Shown here in pieces: positions 30,701 through 35,548 of a stretch of 64,000 nucleotides of DNA. Made by a program: the position numbers and the translations under genes. The DNA is from Candidatus Woesearchaeota archaeon (GTDB taxonomy: Archaea > Nanobdellota > Nanobdellia > Woesearchaeales > SKIA01): contig JBJKRI010000006.1 in NCBI GenBank assembly GCA_046704725.1, forward strand, positions 64,001 through 128,000, given 5' to 3'. The notes under the pieces are model-generated. The model saw only the letters and a program-made list of their open reading frames with translations. It ran no database searches and was not told where the DNA came from. Each line of letters begins with the position of its first letter. The first letter of the stretch is position 1.

Positions 30701-32327
30701 TGACGCCGGTGTCCGGTATGCCGTCCAGATTCGTGTCCGTGAGGCGGTTGCCATTGCTGTCCTCGAGGAGCGCCGCGTACGGCCCGCCGATCGCGATGTC
30801 GATCGCGTGCGCGTGCTTCCAATCGACGTTGGTGATCGTGCGCGTGATGACGAGCTGGGTGTTGGGCAGTCCAGTGAGGTTCTGCGCCGGCGTGGCCTGT
30901 ATCGTGCTGTTGGGCGCGACGACCTCGATGGGAGTGACCGTGCCGAGCGCTTGCGCGAGGAGGAAATAGCGTCCCGGCGGAAGCAGAGGGGTCCAGGTCA
31001 TGTTCACGGCCGCCGGACGGCGCGCGACGACGGACAGATTCTCATCGAGCACGAGCAGCGCGCTCGTGTTGTCGAGCGAGATGGACAAGGGTTGTCCCTG
31101 CAGGACGGGTGTGAAGCGGTCGGGTGTGGCATTGGGGATCAGGCTTGCGGGGACGGCGGAGAGCACATCGTGGTCCTTGCTCGCGTAGTATATCTCTTGT
31201 CCAGACAATCGGAAGGTATCGATGCTCGCCCTCCGGTCGAAGCCGCCGCGCAATGCGTAGACCGTCCCGTTGTCGGTCGCCAGGCGGAAGGTCGCTTGCC
31301 AGTCGCCGCGCAGGAGCGCTCCATAGGGCGTGCGGTTGATGGTCGGCAGCGAGGGTGCGGGCATGCTGCTCTGGAGGACCGCCTCGAACGGTCCGGTGGA
31401 TTGCACGCTCGTGGGAGTGTTCGGCAGCGGCCTGCCGTCGAGCGTCGTGGCCGATTCGATCGTCGCGTTGCCGATCCGCGGCGCGACGAGGCCCGTGACA
31501 TTGCTGGTGACGAGCGCGTACCAACGCCCGGTCGCCACGTCGTAGCCGATGGTGGCCGGCACGGGCTGCGCTCCCTGGTCGAGGACGGTGACGTCCTGCG
31601 TGCGGGCCGGCGGTCCGGGCCACACGAGGGTCTGGTTCTGCGTGAAGGTCGTGGCTGAGCCGAGCGCGACGAGGCTCGTCCCTTTGACGAGGAGCGCTCC
31701 GCTCGTGTTCACTGGCGTGCCGCGAGAGACGTACACTGGCGGCAGGTGCTGCGCGGTGCGCACGAAGTCGTAGGAGAACGCGCTGGGCACGTGGATGAGC
31801 GCGACCTGGTCGCCCACGCCGCAGGCGAGCGCGCACGACGCGCACGTCACGGTGCAGACCGCTGTGGCGTTGCCGTCGGTGAGGGCTCCGGGGACGGGCG
31901 GCATGACGCGGACGTCGTAGGTGTGGTTGGTCGTGGCGTTGACGATGACGTGCGTCGCGTTCACCGTGACGGTGCCGTCGAAGCCGGGCTTTGCGACGAT
32001 GATGCTGGCGTTCGCGAGGACGTGCGCACCGCCCAGGCTCACGTTCGCGAGCAGGGCGTACGTGCCTTCGAGCGGGAGGTATATCGTTCCCTGGTAGTCC
32101 CCGCCGGCGCTCGCCGTGAGCGGGACGCCCGTGATGCTGCTATCCGGCCAGGTGACGGTGAGCTCTGTTGGCACGCTGATGACGCGCACGCCATTGATGT
32201 CGGTGTGCACGCTCACCGGGACGGTCGCTCCGGGGATGGCATTGTGCGTGACGTTGAGTGTGACCGTCGCGTTGGGTACGGCGGCGATGAGCGGCAGCAA
32301 TACGAGGAGGAGGTAGAGGCGCTTCAT
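12732..32327 (-). CDS. giant secreted surface glycoprotein/adhesin (6531 aa)
   Basis: signal peptide MKRLYLLLVLLPLIAA; very dense N-x-S/T sequons; golvesin/CBM-like domain (~29650-30020), Ig-like repeats, beta-helix-like region (~23200-24120), tandem DRD modules. Confidence 0.93.
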   Translation of the reverse strand: MKRLYLLLVLLPLIAAVPNATVTLNVTHNAIPGATVPVSVHTDINGVRVISVPTELTVTWPDSSITGVPLTASAGGDYQGTIYLPLEGTYALLANVSLGGAHVLANASIIVAKPGFDGTVTVNATHVIVNATTNHTYDVRVMPPVPGALTDGNATAVCTVTCASCALACGVGDQVALIHVPSAFSYDFVRTAQHLPPVYVSRGTPVNTSGALLVKGTSLVALGSATTFTQNQTLVWPGPPARTQDVTVLDQGAQPVPATIGYDVATGRWYALVTSNVTGLVAPRIGNATIESATTLDGRPLPNTPTSVQSTGPFEAVLQSSMPAPSLPTINRTPYGALLRGDWQATFRLATDNGTVYALRGGFDRRASIDTFRLSGQEIYYASKDHDVLSAVPASLIPNATPDRFTPVLQGQPLSISLDNTSALLVLDENLSVVARRPAAVNMTWTPLLPPGRYFLLAQALGTVTPIEVVAPNSTIQATPAQNLTGLPNTQLVITRTITNVDWKHAHAIDIAIGGPYAALLEDSNGNRLTDTNLDGIPDTGVIAPGKSVTIVARILLPPGAKSTAIPWVLTQGGATLRINDSLIVGAPEQSFVSDDLEVSSMRSDGRTVTVSFFNHDVRTHQVALDVTYQTAAGNDTSRQSQTLPPGASNATITIPSATQSVRVAIQANDSLPQDNARTLRIWQPPGAAIHVSEQAHIDHASFTVKAIVPKGEWRITYPDASGNTQVAPSTVVGTLANGSEKIVFSLPLPANTDLLAGLSPGAGPTFDPYRVVDDGDPGVQSIGTWYAGTQVPGYHGAGYHTDLGQGRGQSQMRFFLATAPAYYELEVWHPGDPSFASNARIRIGNDTVLDDQRQPAQWDYLGRYWMNASIPVTVTDAAADGVVVADAFRVLRVDEYANPFGAPSVQPHAPQGLLVYDSHGQEVRATVSLSQHGHLRKSGLLPSQARANNGTYDVEFSFPNGPVSNLTVHGASPATMGLGIESVPASRAKRFTDRAVVDAYAIDPSFNTSYTVTRIAKGSELLKCADYNFSTQTCNGGFVEVMALTPGEPYSVTLTPGDPLLVEVSDLVLPPFYADCQSNGGNYSTSTCSGTYDNGTPACNKELTYCNEAPPSPNKETFNHKTNYNGSMNATYGNESMPLRKCDVIHSVSVDYQVWGDNTGNSYSIYVDPGYGVWTPIVSGVNVNSTTEPTSVGSQNATAVLPGAESWNCSQFFGPNPTARIRIDFSNGGNPNTQHVSDADYLVYRIAYNFTKYSLELDKTTYVQGETVQISGTDIYDPSALVSINITKGGSFVAQVNVTTNSTGGFKTNYTIADYAPLGLYSLYAWQRNNTAINATNNYTVTKRSPTVQTQIVGDYFNRSQLVEFTGSHWAKGATVTVNATNPEGELQNGYPTNTTTNSSGDLNFNWTVPSGLDTLTGPYTFNFTEYANNSYSATKIIHVVILPSTAEYWQGGTFVQSELGNVTKKDGVYAQIVASTAGLDMMNMTFPSTMYAGMALSNLSLNIYHKESSTNNVYVDWYNISSATWVTLCIIPYRAGLGLDSCDITQAVNTSNYMNRVWLRLTDGNLWKNPQSPTYDYDIAFLSVNFTYPAPNVSLVSPPNNTWYNTASHALTYNATDGFFNISQCRVYVNGALVDTNSSFTVNTSDTYTHTFTQGNDTWYAACDDDSARYLTGTSATRNVLIDLTAPNSSITVPATNYTWYNTTTPSVNFTAQDNMASTLNWTLYVNGTQDSNGTMANATTHQQTLAAQPQGLRNITLEVWDQAYNYATNKTVLLYVDTTAPTVTPNTPVEGYNTSSTSVTFNWTASDNLDPYIGCDVYVDGALNTSASVVNGQTNATTVTGFTQGQHNWSVSCTDKAGNAASTVTRNFTVDTQAPTVLLENPANNTVVTTTRTIQLDYNVSDNLLPVPQCSLYINDTLNQTNTSITQGTTQSFWLTSVQNGNYSWNVECQDLVGNAANSTQRNVKEDVRVIPLPISGGSYVSRDGPGAGGWPAFIALQANLTDGAPGVLVNFTANLTDPLLGQTDVYLGQNTTNASGTATFWWNPSTSIHGGNWSWWPQSAGSDSLGSRTLDVLFNLTLAYQNATLDPGPDYNATQTVGLNFTVSSLGETASQLNSSYGVFVEADLHAPNTSSYFVDMNGSGNFSGTYVLPSDAPVGVWNVTAWTHVNSGFTDYTGAANTLLITRNFTVKGASDSMNPADGTVVDRDGYSASDPDVIPLVMRIPGAGAGYTVNFTANLTDPAFAGQNGLLLGSNTTNATGYATLWFNPNSSYYAGNYTWWGESVISFFNSTHTFIIKGAPALAPSSAVADPNAVYNQTDTVTLQYNASSQINKETQAQLGNNYSLTVEANYSPQSAASPMSNITLLYNGVNWSGTGTIGYTAPVGTWNLLANMTGPYTYLGTSSTTFVVHGLSNLTLSDTSASTIVPVYTLDNFTANYSDTSMQPIHTASSYCEARFNVSGGWTVYKNMTYDAARKLYWFNRSFNRTYAGAAFDVYCDDPLYASQNKTSTYTISRTTAAMNTANGTRVDRDSVSADPDTLLLNASIPSAPAGVTIDFYLNLTDPALGQTDLLLGSNTTDANGNAVYVWNPNATVYAGNVTVFANSTYADPSTTSDALVYGGLQQAFSYASVDPNASYYQQDVIAADVNLTSPGPETASQLNASYSASSNATHKGPSNSGTVGLVYNGTFWRNDTYQIPIGTISITTWNTTVASGATYFYPPTNISRSYIVYPLTVCINETGVCYKNVQTAVDAASAGQHVVIIDNRTYVENVTVNKDITITSNGTGLPTILGNDTSAITTNQPLRLARLNISIQGTAANQYGIKAANLNLTDSVVWTNVTGSGSSGVYASGTGHVTLRSVNLTGINATSLIGGYSSTVTLNDTRVLGTVASGGIELSNGVLSAHGLYINTTKTAINMPGGSKDLHNITVYGNNGVLLGSDANLTDSTINVSNTGVGANGNVTIKNSTIYGGNYGVNTYNTADQLFIIDSIVSAGGNVLFVNAGGTGTSVQNITVRNSSITPATTVFTGVNTGETAIVYYQHYLDVYVNNTLGSAVSGATVNATDALASQVFSVTTAANGSITRQNVTYATDENGTVTTLTNHTVSAGKTGYHDESRSVNMTQNQDISITLGDYMNVTTMSLAPSTIYAYQSTTASCTVSDQRTGSAVSGATVGFYRNGTSLGTNTTNSSGVLTLSFNVNATGSWLITCNVSDQPSSLLYAGNAPQRNATLTVDPFAIQPVSPVNGTSVDRDGVNATMPDVILLNVSVPSWVPNGVSISFLANRTAPFTGGPYTLGSNTTSGGNAVLYYNPNSSSYAGAYRWYGNSGTAGGPNGSRTYAEWGAFNLSFWNVSSYPNANYTQNETLHARFNLTSLGPESRSQLNSTYGGVVQLNVSSVNGQDTNTTSFVNPYWQGSYGLLVLAGVGNWNVSGNASASYFFPVSVSGRNTTVYGYMNVTSASLSRSTIYAYQSTVQSCEVRDQDTNVSAVGATVSFYRNGTLLGTNTTNSSGGVTYSFQTNVSGTYSVSCNVSDQLSIYYYAGNVPGRSTSLTVLPFPVTPVGPSNATAVDRDSGSASIPDVILLNVSVPSYVPNGVAITFTQNLTSPFAVGPTVIGSNTTSGGFAVLYYNPNSSTYAGIHSWWGGSTQASTNGTRTYVSYGTPSLVFWNATVDPDANYTQNQTMLVRFNYTSPGPESRSQLNSSYSGAVQLNVSSVNGKDTNTTSFVNPIWQGSYGLLALAGVGNWNITGNASASYFLNVSASIRNTTVYGYMNVTSASLASSTIYSYQSTAQSCAVHDEHTGVAVQGASVSFYRNGTLLGTNTTNSSGGVTFSFQTNTTGTYSVSCNVSDQPSIYYYAGNVPAQSSSLTVTPFPITIVSPVNGTAVDRDSGSASIPDVILLNVSVPSWVPNGVSISFLANRTTPFTGGPYTLGSNTTSGGNALLYYNPNSSSYAGAYLWYADSSAGIHNGTRTYLSYGTPSLTFWNVTVDPNANYTQNDTLHARFNLTSPGPESRSQLNSTYGGVVQLNVSSVNGQDTNVTSFVNPYWDGSYRLLALAGVGNWTVSGNASASYFLNVSASQRNTTIYGYMNVTSASLSPSTIYAYQPTAQTCEVRDQDTNVAVSGATVSFYRNSTLLGTNTTNSSGGVTYSFQTNVSGTYSVSCNVSDQFGIYYYAGNAPGKNATLTVLPFPVTPVSPSNTTTVDRDSGSATMPDVVLLNVSVPSYVPNGVAITFSQNLTSPFAVGPTTIGSNTTSGGHAVLYYNPNSSTYAGVHEWWGGSTQASTNGTRTYISYGTPSLKFWNVTVDPNANYTQNDTLYVLFNLTSPGPETRSQLNATYSGAVQLNVSSVNGNDTNTTIFVGPYWNGSYSLLALAGVGNWTVTGNASASYFFNVSASQRNTTVYGYMNVTSASLSASSAYAWQIVTQTCRVQDEHTGVAVAAANVSFYRNGTLLATNLTNSTGYATTSFTTSTTGTYAVSCNVSDQYSIYYLAGGQPSGNDTLSIIPFPITPVAPNNATGVDRDGVNATMTDVILLNVSVPSQVSDGVTITFYANRTAPFTGGPYTLGSNITLGGHAVLYYNPNSSSYAGAYRWYGDSGTAGDPNGTRTYDEYGGLNLTFWNASFYPAANYTQNGTLVARFNLTSLGPESRSQLNATYSGAVQLNVSSVNGNDTNTTTFFSPYWTGSYGLLALKGVGKWNVSGNASASYFFPASIANRNTTVYGYMNVTSASLSPSTIYSYQSTFQACAVRDEHTGVAIQGATVSFYRNSTLLGTNTTNSSGGVTYSFQTNVSGTYAVSCNVSDQLGIYYYAGDAPGQSASLTVLPFPVTPISPANATAVDRDSVNATMPDVVLLNVSVPSYVPNGVAITFSQNLTSPFAVGPTTIGSNTTIGGHAVLYYNPNATTYSGVHAWWAAGPDGGENGTRTYDEWGALNLTFWNSSTYPNANYTENGTLVARYNLTSLGPETRSELNASYGGAVQVNVSSVNGNDTNTTTFFSPYWTGSYGLLTLAGVGNWTVSGNASASYFFPASMAGRNTTVYGYMDVVASSTTPLSSFDYQYVTQTCLVNDQHTNAAVQGAIVSFYRNSTLLGTNTTNSMGSASFSFQTNSSGTYKVTCNVSDQPSIYYLAGNTPGQSAFITVYPFPVTPVSPSNATAVDRDSGSASIPDVILLNISVPSYVPDGVNITFSQNLTSPFAVGPTTIGTNTTVGGHAVLYYNPNSTTYAGVHSWWGSGADGGINGTRTYTSYGTPSLVFWNATADPNKNYTQNQTMRVRFNYTSPGPETRSQLNASYSGVVQMNVSSVNGNDTNTTTFLDPYWQGSYSLLALAGVGNWTVSGNASASYFLNVSASQRNTTIYGYMNVTSASLASSTIYAFQSTAQSCEVRDQDTNVSVAGATVLFYRNSTLLGTNTTNSSGGVTYSFQTNTTGSYSVSCNVSDQLGIYYYAGNAPGQNASLTVLPFPITPVSPSNSTQVDRDSASASMPDSILLNVSVPSWVPDGVTVTFGANTSTPVSQGPLTLGSNTTSGGYAVLTYDPSSTVRAGHWVWDATSAQGSSNGSRTYDVYGALHLVFNSSAQDPASTYDQNGTATAALNLTTVGPETRDQLNGSYLGSVNVTYVSVNGQSVSNASYTSPYWLDTFNLLDLSGVGVWNVSANATADYMIATGVANKNFTVYGYANITNATLVSSSIPVFSNATLQCRLQDEHTNASVPGAQVAFYWNGTLQGNATTNATGWAQRSFAINTQGTFNVTCVFVSQPAIYYKAGDAPNATTQVTVTPYYIDSASPTNGTVVDRDSVSSDPDVVRLVAQASSSIPARNFTFYANLTSPSLGVGVIEIGKNQTNSSGAAVLYWNPNGTVYAGTHSWWANDSGAGLANNTRTVDVKGGLNVSFQSATLDPNAEYNQTQTADINATLASLGPETGAEINASYLASMNTTLMPPTTASSIAQMLYGGTIWNGSHTFSLTAEVGDWVALVNVSANHFYVDTTNRSFVLIGLSNLTLSDQSDFGIKRVYQNFTFYANYSDSANTPINTSNTTCEIRFNDTGSFGAYANMTYDAGTGLYVYWTNFSNDGNFTDNVYCSDKYYVPQNVSDTFIVNKTAINDLSPANDTAVDRDNASATMNDTVKLVVNMDHAVAGVLVNFTLMNRLDPSGSAGILIGQNTTIAGGNTTLYWNPNSTVAAGLYEWGAYADKAAPNRTRTIAVYGSLNVTYFNSSDPNAQYNQTNNATFLVNITTPGPESAGALDSSYNLSADDVLIEPYTGNISVPLALTGTMWNGSYVFPSTVDPGIWNTSVNVSAAYFFNTTVPLRSFALWGISNLSAFDEQDLYGYLTYVGQDAFHFANWTAPSGAPITTGTCTLTRYDGSNVSMTYDSSLKLWSANSPYYIEGIARYNITCGKLYFWNMTAQNNITIQSLVNLSTSYELRNLSADEWQVLLNVTNLQNYTQQNVSLYSLVHDGLTGSYNLTPVSSSTVTGADPGLAVRWHFDNLTAGQTAQVAMNVTGSGDWYPDALLGVSSPTYSTVVYG
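13400..22925 (-). repeat. intragenic tandem array of ~10 modules of ~318-320 aa (954-960 bp)
   Basis: VDRD motif recurs near 22577, 21620, 20666, 19712, 18758, 17801, 16847, 15893, 14939 and 13979; boundaries approximate. Confidence 0.9.
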
Positions 32328-32827
32328 CGGAGCATCCTCCGGTACGCGTCCTGCGTGCCTTGCGTGACGTCGTCGGCGATCTGCGCGAGCCGCAGCTCTC
32401 CCAGGCCGGTCTGCGCCCGGATGGCCGGGAGGGGGACGTGCTGTTCGAGGGCGTGCGCGATGTGCGTGTAGCGCAGTATCTGTGGGGTGGCGTGCTCGAG
32501 GGTGCCGTCGACTCGCAGCAGGTATTTCTTGACGATCTGCTGGACGCGCTTGGGCACCATCTGGGGGGTCTGGCGCGAGGGAAACGCGTAGGCGCTGTCG
32601 TGGCTGCGGAAGTAGTCCTTGAGGTTGCGCGTGAGCTCCTCGCTCACGATGCAGTGGCGTCCGCCGACGACGATGCTGCCTTGTTGGACGTCTTTCTTGC
32701 GTATGGCGACGAGTTCGGAGACGGTGCAGCCGGTCTGGTACTGCACCTCGATCATGAGGGCGTCTCGGGGGGCTCTCGCTAGCTTGCGGAGTCGTTGGAG
32801 CTGTTCATGCGAAAGGTGCTCGACCAC
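32324..32827 (-). CDS. tyrosine-recombinase catalytic-domain-like protein, catalytically degenerate
   Basis: RDALMIEVQYQTGCTVSEL, FPSRQ, VQQIVKKY, TPQILRYT, QTGL..LAQIA; most catalytic residues replaced; no core-binding domain. Confidence 0.8.
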   Translation of the reverse strand: MVEHLSHEQLQRLRKLARAPRDALMIEVQYQTGCTVSELVAIRKKDVQQGSIVVGGRHCIVSEELTRNLKDYFRSHDSAYAFPSRQTPQMVPKRVQQIVKKYLLRVDGTLEHATPQILRYTHIAHALEQHVPLPAIRAQTGLGELRLAQIADDVTQGTQDAYRRMLR

Positions 32828-32898
32828 TACCAGTTTCCCTTTCCTAAAATCCTGAGAAACTCCTATTTAACGCTACCGGCACTACGCAGAAATGGTCT

Positions 32899-33819
32899 TT
32901 ACGGATAGACGCTCATCCGGGTCTTGTAGATGACCTCGGGGACCCGCTCGAGCACGAAGGTGCTGCGGCCGTCCTGCGGGAAGATCTTGATCTCGAACTC
33001 GTCGTTCTCGTGCAGGACGTGGGATTGCTTGAGCTTGAAGTAGATGAAGACGGTCTCGCCGTACTCGAGCGCCGTGTCGGGCACGCCGGTGAGCGTGACG
33101 ATGCAATAGCTCGTCTCCGGACGGAGCTTGGCGAACGTGCACGGACCCTCTATCTGGTCGGTGATATGGATGGTGTTCGCGTCGAGCTGGTTGGCGGTGG
33201 TCGTGCCGTTGTCATCGATCTGGATGTATCCATAGACGGTGCCGTTGCCCCAGATGGGCAGGTCCTGGATATCGACCTTCGCGCCCGTGCTCGCGAGCGA
33301 CTTATTGAGGGGGATCTCGTCGGACAGGCCCGTCTCGCTCATGTTGACGATGAAATAGTAGGAGGAGCCGTTGTTGTAGAGCTGTATCTGGTCATTGATG
33401 CCGTCGCCGTCGAGGTCGCCGAACGGGATCCACCCGCTCGTGGTCGAGACGGGCACGCTGATGCTGAAGTTCTTGGTGACCGTCGCTGGATTCGATAACG
33501 ACGCGGAGTACGAGCCCGTGTCGGTGAAAAACGACAGGTACGTCGTCTTGAAGTTGATCGGGCCCGAAGCGGGCTCCGGACGCGTAAGGATCTGCACGTC
33601 ATTCGCCGTCTTCGCGCTGGTGTTCGCGTTCATGAAGACGTGCGTGATCTGCACCCCGTTGACGAGGCGGCTCTGGGACTGGGAGCCGACGATAAGCGCT
33701 TTCTGCTGCAACACGCCAGCGGTGCTGATGATGACGCCAGCGGCGACGGCGGCGACGAGAATGGTAGCGATAAAAATGATGAGGGTGCCAATACCCATTA
33801 TCGCTCTGCTGTTCATCAT
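32899..33819 (-). CDS. flaB: archaellin (archaeal flagellin, ArlB/FlaB family)
   Basis: class III signal: SRA|IMGIGTLIIFIATILVAAVAAGVII.T...LQQKA. Confidence 0.85.
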   Translation of the reverse strand: MMNSRAIMGIGTLIIFIATILVAAVAAGVIISTAGVLQQKALIVGSQSQSRLVNGVQITHVFMNANTSAKTANDVQILTRPEPASGPINFKTTYLSFFTDTGSYSASLSNPATVTKNFSISVPVSTTSGWIPFGDLDGDGINDQIQLYNNGSSYYFIVNMSETGLSDEIPLNKSLASTGAKVDIQDLPIWGNGTVYGYIQIDDNGTTTANQLDANTIHITDQIEGPCTFAKLRPETSYCIVTLTGVPDTALEYGETVFIYFKLKQSHVLHENDEFEIKIFPQDGRSTFVLERVPEVIYKTRMSVYP

Positions 33820-34059
33820 GGAGTCCCTACCATGGGATTGCTACTTCTTTTCCACCCGTGACTTATATAAATGTTTCGTAGCGCCCGAAAACGCGGAAAA
33901 ACGCGTTTGGAGGCCGAGAAAGCGCGCGAGGCACGGGATGGACGGACGCGGAAAGAGCCTTCCGACACGCCGAAAAACCGTGGTCGTGCAACGACTGCCG
34001 CACCCGAAACCCCATCTCCCATGGCCCGAGTCCGGAAAGACGAGGTAATAAATGTTTGG

Positions 34060-34467
34060 TCAGCCGACGGCTTTTCTCACGAGCGCGGCGATCCGCTTCT
34101 CCTCGGCCGCGCCGAGCTTTTCCAGGGCGAAAGCGGTCGGCCACATGTCGCCATCATCGAGCGTGGCCTTGTCGTTGAAACCGAGGGTCGCGTAGCGCGC
34201 CTTGAACTTGGCCCGGTCCTGGAAGAAGCACAAGACGTTGCCGTCCTTGGAGTACGCGGGCATGCCGTACCAGGTCCTCGGCACGAGCGACGGCGCATTG
34301 GACATGACGATCTCGTGTATCCTCTTGGCCATGGAACGGTCCGGCTCTGCCATCTTCGCGATCTTCTGAAGCACCGCGGCCTCGCCCTCCGTCTTCTCCT
34401 TCAGCTCCTTGACGCGCTCGCGCATCGCTGCGCGCTCCTCCTTGGTGAAACCCTCGCTCTTGGCCAT
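34060..34467 (-). CDS. DUF1801/YdhG-like protein
   Basis: [37 protein letters not shown]. Confidence 0.85.
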   Translation of the reverse strand: MAKSEGFTKEERAAMRERVKELKEKTEGEAAVLQKIAKMAEPDRSMAKRIHEIVMSNAPSLVPRTWYGMPAYSKDGNVLCFFQDRAKFKARYATLGFNDKATLDDGDMWPTAFALEKLGAAEEKRIAALVRKAVG

Positions 34468-34543
34468 GCTGCGGGCGTGGGAAAGCAGGTATTTAAGCGA
34501 TGCGTGCGGGCAGATTTAAGAGTGGCGGGGGGTTCCGGGAAGC

Positions 34544-35500
34544 ATGAGCTGGCAGGAGCAACCGTCACGCGAGCACGCCTTCTCCGTCAAGGAATCGTTC
34601 GCCGCCCACTACAAGGAATTGCTGGGGGATGGGTACGGGGATTTCATCTCATGTAGCATGCGCTACCTGCGGCGGGCGATACGCGTGAACACGCTCAAGG
34701 CATCTGTCAGTGCGGTACGCTCACGTCTGGAAAAAGCGGGCTGGGAATTGACGCCCGTGCCATGGTGCCCCGAGGCGTTCTGGATCAGCGGGGACCGATT
34801 GGACATCGGCAACCTGCTCGAGCACCAGCTCGGCTACGTCTACGTCCAAGACCCTGCGAGCATGCTGCCGCCCATCGTGCTTGCTCCGGAAGCCGGTGAG
34901 CGCGTACTCGACATGTGCGCGTCCCCCGGGAGCAAGACATCGCAGGCCGCGGCGATGATGAAAAACGAGGGCATCATCGTGGCCAACGACGTGCAAGGAT
35001 CGCGCCTCGCGCCATTAGGGATCAACCTGCAGCGGCTCGGCGTGGTGAACGCCGTCTTGACCAAGCGGGACGGACGCGGTTTCACGAAGATGGAGTTCGA
35101 CCGCATCATGGTGGACGCCCCCTGCAGCGGCACGGGGACGATCAGGCGCTCGCCGAAATCGATCACCATGTGGAACCCCAAACAGGTGGACAAGCTCGGA
35201 CGATTGCAGGAACAGCTCTTGGACGCGGCGTGGAAAGCGTTGAAGCACGGCGGCGTCATGACGTACAGCACCTGCACGCTCGAGCCGCGCGAGAACGAGG
35301 TCGTGCTCTCGCGCTTTCTCTCCGCGCATCCCGACGCGGCTTGCGTCCCGATCGAGCTGGACATCGACCGCGAGAAGAACTGGGAGACCGACCCGGAGAG
35401 CGGCGAAGCGTTGCATCCCGGCGTGAAGAACGCGCTTCGCATACACCCGACGACGAACGACACCGAAGGCTTCTTCGTCGCGCGCATCGAGAAAGAATAG
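34544..35500 (+). CDS. RsmB/NOP2/NSUN-family RNA m5C methyltransferase
   Basis: IRVNTLK, YVQDPASM, VLDMCASPGSKT, DAPCSGTG, YSTCTL..ENE, EGFFVA. Confidence 0.95.
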   Translation: MSWQEQPSREHAFSVKESFAAHYKELLGDGYGDFISCSMRYLRRAIRVNTLKASVSAVRSRLEKAGWELTPVPWCPEAFWISGDRLDIGNLLEHQLGYVYVQDPASMLPPIVLAPEAGERVLDMCASPGSKTSQAAAMMKNEGIIVANDVQGSRLAPLGINLQRLGVVNAVLTKRDGRGFTKMEFDRIMVDAPCSGTGTIRRSPKSITMWNPKQVDKLGRLQEQLLDAAWKALKHGGVMTYSTCTLEPRENEVVLSRFLSAHPDAACVPIELDIDREKNWETDPESGEALHPGVKNALRIHPTTNDTEGFFVARIEKE

Positions 35501-35518
35501 ACGACGGGACCACGCATG

Positions 35519-35526
35519 TTTATATA
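35519..35526 (+). promoter_or_regulatory. TATA box for P-type ATPase
   Basis: TTTATATA ~25-30 bp before ATG 35549. Confidence 0.6.
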
Positions 35527-35548
35527 GGCGTTTTTTGCGTGGAACACC

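Noticed and set aside
31300-31312. RGD tripeptide in the adhesin N-terminal region
   Set aside because: A single occurrence noticed in 6531 aa is expected by chance.
32324-32827. Active integrase or shufflon invertase rearranging the adhesin or the TA cassettes
   Set aside because: Catalytic Arg, Lys, both His and Tyr positions are substituted; no inverted sites or prophage genes seen nearby.
33860-34050. Possible ncRNA (SRP-like) in the intergenic region upstream of the archaellin
   Set aside because: Only short hairpins expected by chance in GC-rich DNA; no SRP helix-8 or tRNA consensus.
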